From Terriglobia bacterium (GTDB lineage: Bacteria; Acidobacteriota; Terriglobia; 20CM-2-55-15), in contig CAXWPJ010000002.1 of assembly GCA_963664115.2 (NCBI GenBank), forward strand, positions 192,001 to 256,000: a DNA stretch of 64,000 bases. The letters are read 5' to 3'. The translations under genes were made by a program, and so were the position numbers. The first letter of the stretch is position 1. The number at the start of each line of letters is the position of its first letter. Below are positions 8,896 through 19,084 of the stretch, one piece after another. A model generated the notes under the pieces. That model had not been told where the DNA came from. It worked only from the letters and a program-made list of their open reading frames with translations, and did not search any database.

Positions 8896-9369
8896 ATGCT
8901 GAAGCGAACCATTGTCTATTTCAGTCTGTCATTCGGATTCAGCTGGGCCGTCTTTGCTGTGGCTTGGGGATTTGGGCTATTCCGTAACGGCGTTGGTCTG
9001 GCGGAAGGACCGTTTCTTTTCCTGTTCATGTGGGGGCCCGCTATCGGTGCAGTTGTGGCGACGCTTATGTTCGACCGTGCCCGATGGCGGGCGATCCTGG
9101 GCCTGAGCTTTACTCCTAATTGGTGGTGGGCTGGATCCGCACTCGCCGCAGCATCACTGGTCTTGGGTGCAACGTATGCGAGCGCACTTTTGCCGAATGT
9201 GGAGTTGATCGGCGTGGAAGAGGGCATTGCCCGAGCGCTCGCAGACCAGCCGTCTCTAGTCGAAAACGCCCTGCCGCCTCTGCCTGTGTTGCTCGTTTTG
9301 TCATTCCTCGGCGGCGCGTTACTCAACGGAGTATTGACGCTCACTGAGGAACTTGGCTGGCGAGGATAG
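8896..9369 (+). pseudogene. CPBP/Abi (CAAX) intramembrane metalloprotease, truncated
   Basis: Hydrophobic protein with MWGPA motif; stops right after EELGWRG and lacks the downstream His motifs. Confidence 0.75.
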
Positions 9370-9464
9370 GAAAAATGAGAGCGCTTTCGCAATGAAGATC
9401 GTTCATCGTCTGGCATTTCATCGCTCGATCAAGGGGGAATACGACCGACGAGACCGCGTCACAG

Positions 9465-9524
9465 AGGATCAACATCGTCCTGAACTGGTTTGAAGAACTG
9501 AAGGAACGGGTGCCCCTGCCGTGA
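9465..9524 (+). pseudogene. Orphan kinase-PD40 3' tail (RINIVLNWFEELKERVPLP*)
   Basis: Manual translation; matches the tails at 2937 and ~63580. Confidence 0.75.
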
Positions 9525-9560
9525 TGCGGTGTTCTTTTGCCCCAGCAGCCCTGAAATCCA

Positions 9561-9581
9561 TTCTCACTGCCTGATAAATCC
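9561..9581 (+). repeat. Palindromic site C, left half (split by IS30)
   Basis: TTCTCACTGCCTGATAAATCC; joined to 10826-10850 it rebuilds the repeat. Confidence 0.75.
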
Positions 9582-10823
9582 TGCCGGCTCAATCGGTCGA
9601 TGCAACACATGCGTTAAATCGTTCGGCCGGAGTCTGAAACCCCAGCGTTTGACGAGGCCGTCTATTGAGCTTCGCTGCAATCATATCCAGATGCTGCTGA
9701 GAGTGAACGGATAAGTCTGTTCTTTTCGGGAAATAGTGTCGAAGCAGGCCGTTCGTGTTTTCATTCGAGCCCCGTTGCCATGGACTTCTCGGATCGCAAA
9801 AGTAGACGGCAATGTCGGTGGCCAGAGTGAACCGTTTGTGATCGGCCATCTCCAGACCGCGATCCCAGGTCAGTGATTCGTAGAGTTCCCTTGGTAGTTG
9901 ATGCGCGTGTTCGATCAACGCGTTGATGACGGTTTCGGTTTTCTTGTTAGAAACTTTTGCCAGCATCACATAACGGGAGTGACGTTCGACCAGAGTGGCG
10001 ATGTAGGAGTTGTTCGAACCCGCTATCAGATCCCCTTCCCAATGACCGGGGACGGCACGATCTTCGACCGAAGCCGGGCGCTCACGGATCGAGACCATGT
10101 CTTCGATTTTTCCCTTTCCATGGCCTTTCCGGCTCGCTTTTGCGGATCGGCGGATCGTGCGTCCCGAGCGCAGATACTGAACGAATTCTTTCTTCAAAGC
10201 CCCGCGGGCCTGGATGAAAAGGCTGCGATAGATCGTCTCGTGGGACACGTGAAGCGACTTGTCGTCCGGGTATGTGTACTTGAGCCACCCGGCGATCTGT
10301 TGGGGCGCCCAGTCGTCGGCCAGCTTCTCTTCAACCAGTTGCCGTAGTCGCGGACACCGGGAAAGACAACACGGCTTCCGACGATGCGCACGTCCCCAGG
10401 CCCGCTGATCCGCAACCGACGCTCGATAGTTATCATCGCCCCCGTTGCGGGCAATCTCCCGGCTCACTGTCGAAGGTGCACGACCGAGTACGAGCGCAAT
10501 CGAGCGGATCGATCGTCGGGCTGCAATGCCTCTGGAAATCTCCTCGCGTTCGGCCAGACTCAGCGCCCGCGCCGAACGACAACGCGGGCGCGGCCGGATG
10601 CCTCCATAGACGGCCAGTTGCCCGTGAATTGTCGATCCCCCTCGATCCAGTACACGTCCGATCTCTTTAGTCGATTTCCCTTCCTGCCACAGTTTCCATA
10701 TCTTCACGACCTCGGCTGCTGTGAACCATCGCCGCTTCCTATACGTCTTCTTCTTTCGTTTCTTGGGCATACACTTCACCCCTCCTTTCATGTGAAGTGT
10801 TGCATTGACCCCTTGAGATCACC
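9582..10823 (-). mobile_element. IS30-family insertion sequence
   Basis: 26-bp imperfect IRs ending in ...GTC(G/A)ATGCAACA; 2-bp TSD CC (9580-81, 10824-25). Confidence 0.88.
9589..10770 (-). CDS. IS30-family transposase
   Basis: GHWEGDL, TWDRG, PWQRGSNENTNGLLR motifs; N-terminal HTH. Confidence 0.95.
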   Translation of the reverse strand: MPKKRKKKTYRKRRWFTAAEVVKIWKLWQEGKSTKEIGRVLDRGGSTIHGQLAVYGGIRPRPRCRSARALSLAEREEISRGIAARRSIRSIALVLGRAPSTVSREIARNGGDDNYRASVADQRAWGRAHRRKPCCLSRCPRLRQLVEEKLADDWAPQQIAGWLKYTYPDDKSLHVSHETIYRSLFIQARGALKKEFVQYLRSGRTIRRSAKASRKGHGKGKIEDMVSIRERPASVEDRAVPGHWEGDLIAGSNNSYIATLVERHSRYVMLAKVSNKKTETVINALIEHAHQLPRELYESLTWDRGLEMADHKRFTLATDIAVYFCDPRSPWQRGSNENTNGLLRHYFPKRTDLSVHSQQHLDMIAAKLNRRPRQTLGFQTPAERFNACVASTD

Positions 10824-10850
10824 CCTCTTGTCGGACGTTGAGATTTCACA
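10824..10850 (+). repeat. Palindromic site C, right half
   Basis: CCTCTTGTCGGACGTTGAGATTTCACA; compare 63661-63685 TCTTCTCGGACCTTGAGATTTCACA. Confidence 0.75.
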
Positions 10851-11081
10851 ATTTCAGTCAGCATCAACCGACTCCATCGAGTCATTCCCAAAAAACCAAC
10901 AACTTGAAACCAAAGCGGTCGCGAGTGGGCCTGAAGTGGATTACGTGCTGTCAGAGCCGTTGAAGTGCCCCAGGTGCGCGGGAGAGATTAGCGAGGAGAC
11001 GTTGGTGGAGTGGGAATAAAAAGCGGCGGTGATCCCGGCGAACACGACGATACTTGGCCGGGTGCGTCCTACACACCCCGG

Positions 11082-11462
11082 CTAAGCGCTTGCGGGGCGG
11101 GCAGCCGCCATGCCCCCGACAGCTTCGGCCTCGTCGGTCTCAACGTCGAAAATCGCACTCAACCGGGTGATGTCCAGCAACTCCCGAACTCTTTTCGTCG
11201 GATTCAGGAGTTTCAGTTGCCCCTGGTTGTTTTGAAGAGTCTCGTAAACCTCGACCAACGATTCCAACCCCCGGCTGTCGATGTAGTCGAGCTCCGCCAT
11301 GTTCAATATGAGGCGGGGATCATCGGACTCGATGAATTGTCGAACAGCTCCTCGAAACCCGTCGATCGTAGTTCCGCTCTGAAGACGGCAGGCCAAGTCC
11401 AAGATGGTTATGGGGCCAGCCTTGCGGATCCGGACGGATAAGCGTTCCTTGGTCTCTTTCAT
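11082..11462 (-). CDS. STAS-domain anti-sigma factor antagonist
   Basis: LNMAELDYIDSRGL motif; appropriate size. Confidence 0.88.
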   Translation of the reverse strand: MKETKERLSVRIRKAGPITILDLACRLQSGTTIDGFRGAVRQFIESDDPRLILNMAELDYIDSRGLESLVEVYETLQNNQGQLKLLNPTKRVRELLDITRLSAIFDVETDEAEAVGGMAAARPASA

Positions 11463-11912
11463 TGCACCTCCTGGCAATCCGTGGCATCAGCCTTGCGGGC
11501 CGTTAAGGGCTTTGTGTGACACCCTTGAATATCATAGTGAAATAGCCACGTCAGGTTTGTTCTGTCAAGTAAATACGGCACCGTAAGTCCAGTCAGGCTC
11601 TTCTTTCGTCAAGTCGTGGCCGAACTGCGTACAATCTCCGCATGCCCCTCCCCATTTTCCGGTTTCAGGTCCCGGAATCCGCGCAGGGTAGTCTTCGCGA
11701 TAGAGTGGCGCCCCGTTTCCAGAAAAGTTGACTTGCACAATCGCTGTTCCACACGGCAGTGCGGGCAATCAAGCCCCAATCGAAGCACGACAGTTTACGT
11801 TCAGAATCTTACGCATCCATTTGCTCTCCGTGGGATTGCCCTCTGTGCCAACGTAGGTGAGACACCTGCCTGAGCAATAATTAGTGAGCAAGGGCGGGAA
11901 GGCAGGTAACCT

Positions 11913-12401
11913 GTGTTGGTGATCAAAGCAGAACACGAGAACGAAGAATCGGGCGGAACGGAAGGAGCCCGTAGGGCGACTGGAGTTGCGCCCGAAGCGG
12001 CCGGACGGAACGGGGATGCCCCGGACCCGGAGGTTGCGGATAAGGCGACACGCCGTCGGTTCACCGCCGCGTATAAGAGGCGGATCGTGCGGGAGGCCGA
12101 CAAGTGCACGAAGCCAGGCGAGGTGGGGGCGTTGCTGCGCAGGGAGGGCGTGTATTCGTCGAGCCTGAGCACCTGGCGGCGACAACACGATGCGGGCGAG
12201 CTCGCCGGTCGAGGGGCGAAGCGAGGACCGAAAGCGCAACCGAAGGATCCGCGGGATAAGCGCATTGCGCAACTGAAGCGGGAGACGCGGCGGCTCGAGA
12301 GAAAGCTGGAGCAAGCCGAAACGGTGATCGGCATCCAAAAAAAAGTTGCCTCGCTCCTGGGAATCCCCCTGAAGAGTCCGGACGACGAAGAGAACGACTG
12401 A
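11913..12401 (+). CDS. IS3 transposase OrfA
   Basis: RRRFTAAYKRRIV...LLRREG.YSS.L..WR HTH plus leucine zipper. Confidence 0.85.
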   Translation: MLVIKAEHENEESGGTEGARRATGVAPEAAGRNGDAPDPEVADKATRRRFTAAYKRRIVREADKCTKPGEVGALLRREGVYSSSLSTWRRQHDAGELAGRGAKRGPKAQPKDPRDKRIAQLKRETRRLERKLEQAETVIGIQKKVASLLGIPLKSPDDEEND

Positions 12402-13402
12402 TGGAAGCGGCCGAGAAGTTCTCCGGCGAGTTGGGAACGGCGCCGGCATGTCGGGTCTTTGGCGTTCCGCGCGCGTCGCTCTACCGCCACCGGCGACGGG
12501 AAGCCACGCCCGCGGTGGAGCCGACACCTGCCGGATCGCATCGGGCGTTGAGCGGGGTGGAGCGCCAAGAGGTCCTCGACGTGTTGCATAGTGAGCGCTT
12601 CGTGGACCAGGCGCCCGCACAGGTCGCCGCGGCCCTGCTGGACGAGGAACGCTATCTGTGTTCGGTACGCACGATGTACCGGATTCTGGATGCGAATCAG
12701 GAGGTTCGCGAGCGGCGGAACCAACGGCGTCATCCCGTCTACGAGAAGCCGGAACTGTTGGCCACGGGACCGAATCAGGTTTGGAGTTGGGACATAACGA
12801 AGCTGAAGGGCCCGCGAAAGTGGACCTACTACTACTTGTACGTGATCTTGGACATCTTCAGCCGCCAGGCGGTGGGCTGGATGGTGGCCGACTGCGAATC
12901 TTCCGGCCTGGCCAAGAAACTGATTCGTGAAAGCTGTGACAAGCATCGGATCGAGCAGGATCAGCTGACTCTGCACGCGGATCGCGGGTCCTCGATGAAA
13001 TCGAAGGTGGTGGCCTTACTGCTCTCGGATCTGGGGGTGACCAAGACCCATTCCCGACCGCATGTCTCCGATGACAACCCGTTCTCCGAGGCCCAGTTCA
13101 AAACGCTGAAGTATCGGCCGGACTTCCCGGAACGCTTTGGCTGCATCCAGGATGCCACGGCGTTCTGCCGCGACTTCTTCGGCTGGTACAACAACGTCCA
13201 CTATCATTCGGGCCTGAACTGGCTGACACCGGCGATGGTCCATGACGGTCGCACCGGCCCCGTCGTCCAGCGACGCCAGCGTGCCTTGGATCGCGCTCGT
13301 CGCGAGCATCCAGAACGTTTTGTCGGCGCACCCAGGACGATCCTTGGACCGCCGGCAAAGGTGTGGATCAACCCACCTGCGGAGACGCAAGTGGTAGCTT
13401 AA
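12401..13402 (+). CDS. IS3 transposase OrfB (rve)
   Basis: WSWDIT, LHADRG, DNPFSEAQFKTLK motifs. Confidence 0.92.
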   Translation: MEAAEKFSGELGTAPACRVFGVPRASLYRHRRREATPAVEPTPAGSHRALSGVERQEVLDVLHSERFVDQAPAQVAAALLDEERYLCSVRTMYRILDANQEVRERRNQRRHPVYEKPELLATGPNQVWSWDITKLKGPRKWTYYYLYVILDIFSRQAVGWMVADCESSGLAKKLIRESCDKHRIEQDQLTLHADRGSSMKSKVVALLLSDLGVTKTHSRPHVSDDNPFSEAQFKTLKYRPDFPERFGCIQDATAFCRDFFGWYNNVHYHSGLNWLTPAMVHDGRTGPVVQRRQRALDRARREHPERFVGAPRTILGPPAKVWINPPAETQVVA

Positions 13403-13507
13403 ATTCTGAACCCAGGTGTCTCAAACTTGTTGACATTCTCCGTTGGCTTGTCAGACTGCCGCTTCATCCAGTGGGTGATGTTCGCAAACAAGGGGTGATA
13501 GGGGCCA

Positions 13508-16043
13508 CTAATTCAACGGCCCTTTGATCACGCGAATGCGGTTGTTTCGCGTGTCGGAGATGAACACGTTCCCGGACAAATCGACGGCGACGCCTTTGGG
13601 GAGGTGAATGCTGGCTTCCGTTCCGACGCCGTTGTCGCCCGAAAAGGTCGAGCCCCCGTCGCCCGCGATTGTTTCTATGGTCCCAGTCTGAGAATCGACC
13701 CGGCGAATCCGGTTGTTCACGCTGTCGGCGATGAACAGGTTGCCGGCCGAATCTACTGTGACATCAAATGGTTTGCTCAGGAGCGCGTCGACCGCTCGCC
13801 CCCCGTCCCCGGCGAAGAGCTGGTTGCGGAGTCTATCGATTGCGATTCCCAAGGGGCCCTCACCCGCGAGGTTGTCGCTCAGGTCCAGGACCACGCTGGT
13901 GGCACCGGCCGTGTCGACCTTCATCACTTTATCGGTTATCGCATCGGCGAAATAAATGTTGCCGTTCGCGTCCAGGTTCACACTGACGGGTTGTGAGGAA
14001 CCGAAATTTTCGCCCGCCACATCGACAATGGTGGTCAGAATTCCGGTGTTCACATTCACTTTCTGAATCTGGCCGGCCACAGTATCGGCGATGTAGATGT
14101 TCCCGCCGCTGTCTGTGGCGACATCCTCGGGAAATATCAGGCTGAACTCCATGGCCGGCACGCTATCCATGAAACCGGAGCCAGCGAGATTCAGGGCACC
14201 GCGGCCCGCTAGGGTAGTAATGAGTCCGGTCTCCAGGTCGACCTTCCGGATTCGGCTCACGAATCGGTCCGCGATAAGGAGCGATCCATCTGGCGCGATT
14301 GTGATCCCGCCGGGAGAAAAGAGACGGGCCGCCCATGCCTGCTGGCCATCACCCAGGGGCAGACTACCGCCGGCATACTCCGTGACCTCGGTCGAGCTGT
14401 CGATCCTCAGTATTCTCGAGCTGAACTCACCCGTTCCCTGAGCGGGAGCATCGGAGACAAACAAGTCTCCGCTGCTGTCTACGGCGAGTCCTTTCGCAAA
14501 CGTTGGGAATTCAAACTCACCCGACAGTACCGTCGTGACGAGGCCGTCCCCAAACCGCACGATACCCGCCGCCGCCACGAAAACGTCGCCTTCGGGCGAC
14601 AGCGCCAGACCGAGCGGTTCCGAGATCCCGAATTCCGTCGCTATGCCGTTCGTCACCGAGCGCGTGGTGATGCGTTCACCGTTACCCAACACGGTGGAGA
14701 TCACGCCGGTTGCATCGACCGTTCGGACGCGGAGATTGTCGGTGTCGGAAATGAGCAGGTTGCCGTCACGGTCCAGGCCAACCGCCCGCGGCCCGTTGAG
14801 ACTCGCGCTGGCGGCCGGCCCGCCGTCCCCGGAAAAACCGGCGGCGCCGTTGCCGGCGACCGTCGTGATGATCCCGGTTTCCACATCCACTTTTCTGATG
14901 CGATGATTGCCGGTATCGGCGATGATCCAGTCGCCGTTCTGATCGACCATGATTCCGAGGGGCCAGCTCAGACGTGCGACGACAGCCAGGCCCGCATCGC
15001 CGCTCAAGCCGAAGCTTCCGAGCCCGGCGACAGTACTGATCAGACCGGTCGACAGGTCCACCATCCGGATCCGATTGTTGCTGCTGTCGGCGATGAGCAG
15101 ATTTCCTCTCCCGTCCAATGCCAGTCCCCAGGGCTTATTCAGCTTTGCGGCCACCGCCGGTTCCCCATCGCCGGAGAATCCCTCCAACCCCGTACCAGCA
15201 ACCGTCAGGATGATTCCGGTTCGTCTGTCGATTTTCCGGATTCTGTGATCATCGGGATCGGCGACATAGAGGTCGCCGGTGGAATCGAAAGCAATGCCAT
15301 ACGATCTCCACAGGAGGGCGGACTCCGCGGCAGATCCGTCGCCCGAGAAAGAACTACCTCCGGCTATCGTCGTGATGTAACCGACGGGCAACTGATCCAA
15401 CGAAACCGGCTCGACCAGCAACGCACTCTAGGTAAGCCCACCTCGACCCTGGACCGTCAGGGTGGAACGTCCACTTGGAAGAGCGGGGGAGACAAACACC
15501 AGCGTCTGGCTGTCGACGAATTGGACAGCAATCGTTACGCCGGCAACGAAAACCGAGGAATCCGGAGCAAAGTTCCGTCCCGTGATGGTCACCGTTGCAC
15601 CGCCCTGGACGCTGATCTGTGGCGGGGTGATGGCGGTGATTTCGGGCTCGGCGAAACGGATCTCTTGAGCAACTCGGTCTGTCTCCGCAACCAACAGTCG
15701 ACCGCTCTCGGTGATGGAAAGGCCGCGGGGGCTCTCGAAGGTTCCCGGCTGTGCGGTCTGGACCAGACTGCCATTTGTCAAAACCGTCCGGACGCTGCCG
15801 GATGTCCGTTCGCTGACGTGAATGTTGCCAAACCATCGACGCTGACACCTGTCGGCGTGGTGAAGTTGAGGGGAACACCCGCAATAATGTCGCTTGCCAA
15901 TTTCGCGACCTCGGTCACTGCGGCAACGGAACCCGACGTACCCCCGGTCAGTGTTTCGACCAGTCCGGCTGCGGTCACTCGACGGATCAGCCCGTTCGCT
16001 GTGTCCGCGACGACGACCCGAATCTCTGGCGGGGGATCCCCTC
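13508..16043 (-). pseudogene. Large NHL-repeat/IPT-TIG surface protein, disrupted
   Basis: Many IAD..N.RIR..D...G.I.TVAG.G..GFSGDGG repeats; in-frame TAG at 15428-30, frameshift near 15780, 5' part cut by IS630. Confidence 0.8.
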
Positions 16044-16820
16044 TAGTGGTCCCCGTTAAACAGACTGTAACTTATCAAGATTTCGCCGGCCGCGCTGGAC
16101 TTTAGCAAGGATGTCGGAAGCCGTTGCAGTCCAGATGAAGGGTTTCGGGTCTTCATTGTGACGAGCGAGGTAGTCCTCCACGGCCTGGATCAACTCGGGG
16201 ACCGAGCGGAAAACGCCACGCCGGAGTCGTTGCTCGGACAGATCCCGGAAAAAGCGCTCGACCATGTTGAGCCACGACGCACTGGTTGGCGTGAAGTGCA
16301 CATGAAAACGCTTGTTACGCTTGAGCCAGTTGACGACTTTCTGATGTTTGTGAGTCGCATAGTTGTCGCAAATAATGTGGATCTCCTTATCTTTCGGCAT
16401 GGCGCGTTTGATCTGATTCAGAAACCGGATCCATTCCTGATGGCGATGCTTTGGCATGCAGGTTCCGATGACCGAACCGTCCAGGATGTTGAGCGCGGCG
16501 AAAAGCGTGGTTGTCCCGTTACGTTTGTAATCGTGGGTCATGGTGCCACACCGCCCCTTCTTCAGAGGTAACCCGGGTTGCGTGCGGTCCAGGGCCTGCA
16601 TCTGGCTCTTCTCATCGCAGGACAAGACAATGGCGTTTTCCGGTGGGCTCAGATACAGACCGACCACATCCTCCAGCTTTTCGGCGAATCGTTTGTCGTT
16701 GGATAGTTTGAAGGTTCGTGACAGATGAGGCTTCAGTCCATGGACCCGCCAGATTTTCCCGACCGTGGACTCGCTCACGCCAACGGCCTTCGCCATCGAG
16801 GCCCGACTCCAGTGCTCTTG
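16044..16820 (-). mobile_element. IS630-family element, 5'-truncated (transposase remnant 16056-16796)
   Basis: CDEK, THDY.R.GT, DNYATH, SWLN.VE motifs; end sequence CCACTA at a TA site; the N-terminal HTH is missing. Confidence 0.85.
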
Positions 16821-16874
16821 CGGCTACTCGAGCGCGCAGCTTAGAATGGTTCGCTCGTCGCGTCGCCGAGGCCA

Positions 16875-16947
16875 GGCCCCATCGTCTAGTGGTTTAGGAC
16901 GTAGCCCTCTCAAGGCTAAAACACGGGTTCGACTCCCGTTGGGGCTA
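16875..16947 (+). tRNA. tRNA-Glu(CTC)
   Basis: Cloverleaf; anticodon arm TAGCC-CTCTCAA-GGCTA; GGTTCGACTCC T-arm; CCA not encoded. Confidence 0.95.
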
Positions 16948-17011
16948 TTCAGAGGAAGTTAAGAGTTAAAAGCAACGCGTTAAGGTTACGTTCCTAAACT
17001 TTTTTCTCATC

Positions 17012-18085
17012 TCACTCATCACGCGTCACGTCCTGAGGCCTCTCCACAAAATCACCGCGCCGTATCGTCCCCAGCTGTCGGACAATCGCACGCCGTCCAT
17101 AGGCATTCGAAATCCAGTTCTCAAACAGGGCCGGTATGCCCGGACCCAGGCCGGGGTCGGGCCCGCTCATTGCGTGGAAATGGAGGTGGGGTTCGACCGA
17201 GTCCCCGGAGTTGCCGACCTCTGCGATGGGATCGCCTTCAAGAACCTGATCTCCGACACCCACCTTCATGCCGCCCGGACGCATGTGCGCGTAGTAAGTG
17301 TAGCGATTTTCCCGATGGCGGATGACGATCGCGTTGCCGCCGGGAGTCGCCGCCATAGCCTGACCCGGCACATTTTCCGGAACGTCGTTCCGCATGTAGA
17401 CCACTTCCCCGTCGGCTGAGGCCAGCACATCCAGTCCATATGAGAAGTAATCGCTGTTGCGACCGCCGGTCCCCTCATAACTTTTTCCATCGGGGCCAAT
17501 TTTCAGGAAATCGTACGCGAACGCTTCGGCGACGAAACGTTTGTGTGCATCCAGTGCGCTGTGTTCCGCCGCGACGTACCAACTGCCCTCAAAGGGCAAA
17601 CGTCCTACAAAGCCTTCCATCACGGCCAAGGGGATCGACACCTTGTTCGACCGCAGGTTTTCACCTTGCCGGAATTCGGTTTCCACGATCAGCGTCTGCC
17701 CCATCAATCCCGACGGCAACTCGAAGGAAACATCCGAAAGTGCTTTCCGTTCGTCCGGACCTAGTACCAGAGTGCCGGGCGGCGTCACTTCGATCCGGCG
17801 ACGCTCAACGGAGTTGTCGAAGAGCTCAATCAGCGCGGGCCCGGAAAACTGGCCCGACACGAGCCCTCCTGTCGTACCGACCAAATCAAACCGCATCCAT
17901 TGAAATTCGATGGGCCCGGAAGACGTGTTGTGGAGTATGAGATGGAAAAAAGCCCGCTCGACAGGAACGACGTCACCACCCAGGGCCTCTACATATACCA
18001 CTGCCGGAAGAACCGAGATGTCCACCTGAGCGGAAGCGGAAACCGCAAATACGAGGGCTAAACACAATACAATAAGTATGCGCAT
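17012..18085 (-). CDS. Secreted M23-family metallopeptidase
   Basis: Signal peptide; AYDF, YAH, GNSG.S.EPHLHF motifs. Confidence 0.85.
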   Translation of the reverse strand: MRILIVLCLALVFAVSASAQVDISVLPAVVYVEALGGDVVPVERAFFHLILHNTSSGPIEFQWMRFDLVGTTGGLVSGQFSGPALIELFDNSVERRRIEVTPPGTLVLGPDERKALSDVSFELPSGLMGQTLIVETEFRQGENLRSNKVSIPLAVMEGFVGRLPFEGSWYVAAEHSALDAHKRFVAEAFAYDFLKIGPDGKSYEGTGGRNSDYFSYGLDVLASADGEVVYMRNDVPENVPGQAMAATPGGNAIVIRHRENRYTYYAHMRPGGMKVGVGDQVLEGDPIAEVGNSGDSVEPHLHFHAMSGPDPGLGPGIPALFENWISNAYGRRAIVRQLGTIRRGDFVERPQDVTRDE

Positions 18086-18142
18086 CGCGACTTGAAGGCT
18101 AAGTCAAAGAAGTGGCAAAAATCAACCCGGACGGAAATCCCT

Positions 18143-18688
18143 ATGAGTGAACCATCCACGGAGACAGCAACACTTGGCGGTGGTTGCTTCTGGTGCCTCG
18201 AAGCCGTGTTCGAACAACTCCAGGGTGTCCACTCAGTCAAGTCCGGTTATTCCGGCGGCGCTCGCCCCAATCCCAGCTACGAACAGATCTGTTCCGGGGC
18301 AACGGGCCATGCCGAGGTTGTCCAGATCGTTTTCGAGCCCTCAGTGACACCATATAGGGAAGTGCTACAAATATTTTTCGCTATCCATGACCCGACCACG
18401 CTCAATCGTCAAGGCAACGATGTCGGCACGCAATACCGTTCGGTGATCTTTTTCCATTCTAAGGAACAGAGCGATACCGCCCGGACGGTTATTGAGGAAT
18501 TGGATCAGTCCGGCGTTTTCTCTGCCCCTGTCGTAACCGAGCTGACTCCCCTGGAACAGTTCTATCCTGCCGAGGACTACCACCAGGAATACTTTCGCCA
18601 GAATTCAGAACAACCGTACTGCCAGTACGTCATCGACCCCAAGATCGCCAAGTTCCGTGCGCAGTACTTCGACAAGCTAAAAAATTAA
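18143..18688 (+). CDS. msrA: Peptide methionine sulfoxide reductase A
   Basis: GGGCFWC, GHAE, HDPT, AEDYHQ motifs. Confidence 0.97.
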   Translation: MSEPSTETATLGGGCFWCLEAVFEQLQGVHSVKSGYSGGARPNPSYEQICSGATGHAEVVQIVFEPSVTPYREVLQIFFAIHDPTTLNRQGNDVGTQYRSVIFFHSKEQSDTARTVIEELDQSGVFSAPVVTELTPLEQFYPAEDYHQEYFRQNSEQPYCQYVIDPKIAKFRAQYFDKLKN

Positions 18689-18690
18689 TT

Positions 18691-18718
18691 GGGGTCAGAG
18701 CCCTATTTCCCCATTTTT
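18691..18718. repeat. REP-like element at the end of the RAYT remnant
   Basis: GGGGTCAGAGCCCTATTTCCCCATTTTT, identical to the copy at ~51775. Confidence 0.7.
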
Positions 18719-19049
18719 TCCGTCACCTCATAATCCAGAACCGATTCGTTTTTTCTCGCTGGCCGACCGCGTTTGCGCGGACGGATCCGTCGACCCAAAC
18801 GGCCCTCCAATTCGAGCACAAAGCTTTCAGAACCCCACGGACGTCCCGAAAGCGTCCGACTGCGGATGAGAGTGGTCTGCTCGGTCGACTCTCCTTCTCC
18901 GAGCCAGGCCGACCAGTCTTGTGGCCATAAACCCGGTGGAAATTTATCCGTCATTAGCGTATCGAGTCGTACTCCACAATGAGCGGCCGCACTGGACCAC
19001 TTGTAATCTTCGGCATGTTGAACGATCCCTTCAGCAATCCGCATAGGGA
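18703..19049 (-). pseudogene. C-terminal remnant of REP-associated tyrosine transposase (RAYT/Y1)
   Basis: NP..R...GIV..AEDYKWSSA..H ... GRPWGS..F ... RGRP; the HUH N-terminus is absent. Confidence 0.75.
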
Positions 19050-19078
19050 TTGACTACCGAACAAATGTTTGGTAAAAC
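19050..19078 (+). promoter_or_regulatory. Sigma70 promoter with LexA (SOS) box of imuABC
   Basis: TTGACT-17bp-TAAAAC; palindrome TACCGAAC-AAAT-GTTTGGTA (GAAC-N4-GTTY) in the spacer. Confidence 0.75.
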
Positions 19079-19084
19079 TCCTGA

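Larger units (their letters stand above)
11846..13435 (+). mobile_element. IS3-family insertion sequence
   Basis: IRs TGCCAACGTAGGTGAGACACCTG / TGTCAACAAGTTTGAGACACCTG; orfA/orfB; A8G slippery site near 12337; no TSD seen. Confidence 0.88.

Noticed and set aside
9465-9524. Kinase tails as a DGR template/variable repeat pair
   Set aside because: There is no reverse transcriptase in the window, and the differences are mostly synonymous rather than adenine-specific.
10851-11019. Short CxxC-containing frame (…LKCPRCAGEISEETLVEWE*) after site C
   Set aside because: It may be a gene fragment, but it has no clear start or family, so it is not called.
11580-11845. Intergenic region upstream of the STAS gene as a riboswitch or ncRNA
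   Set aside because: No recognisable motif or convincing structure was found.
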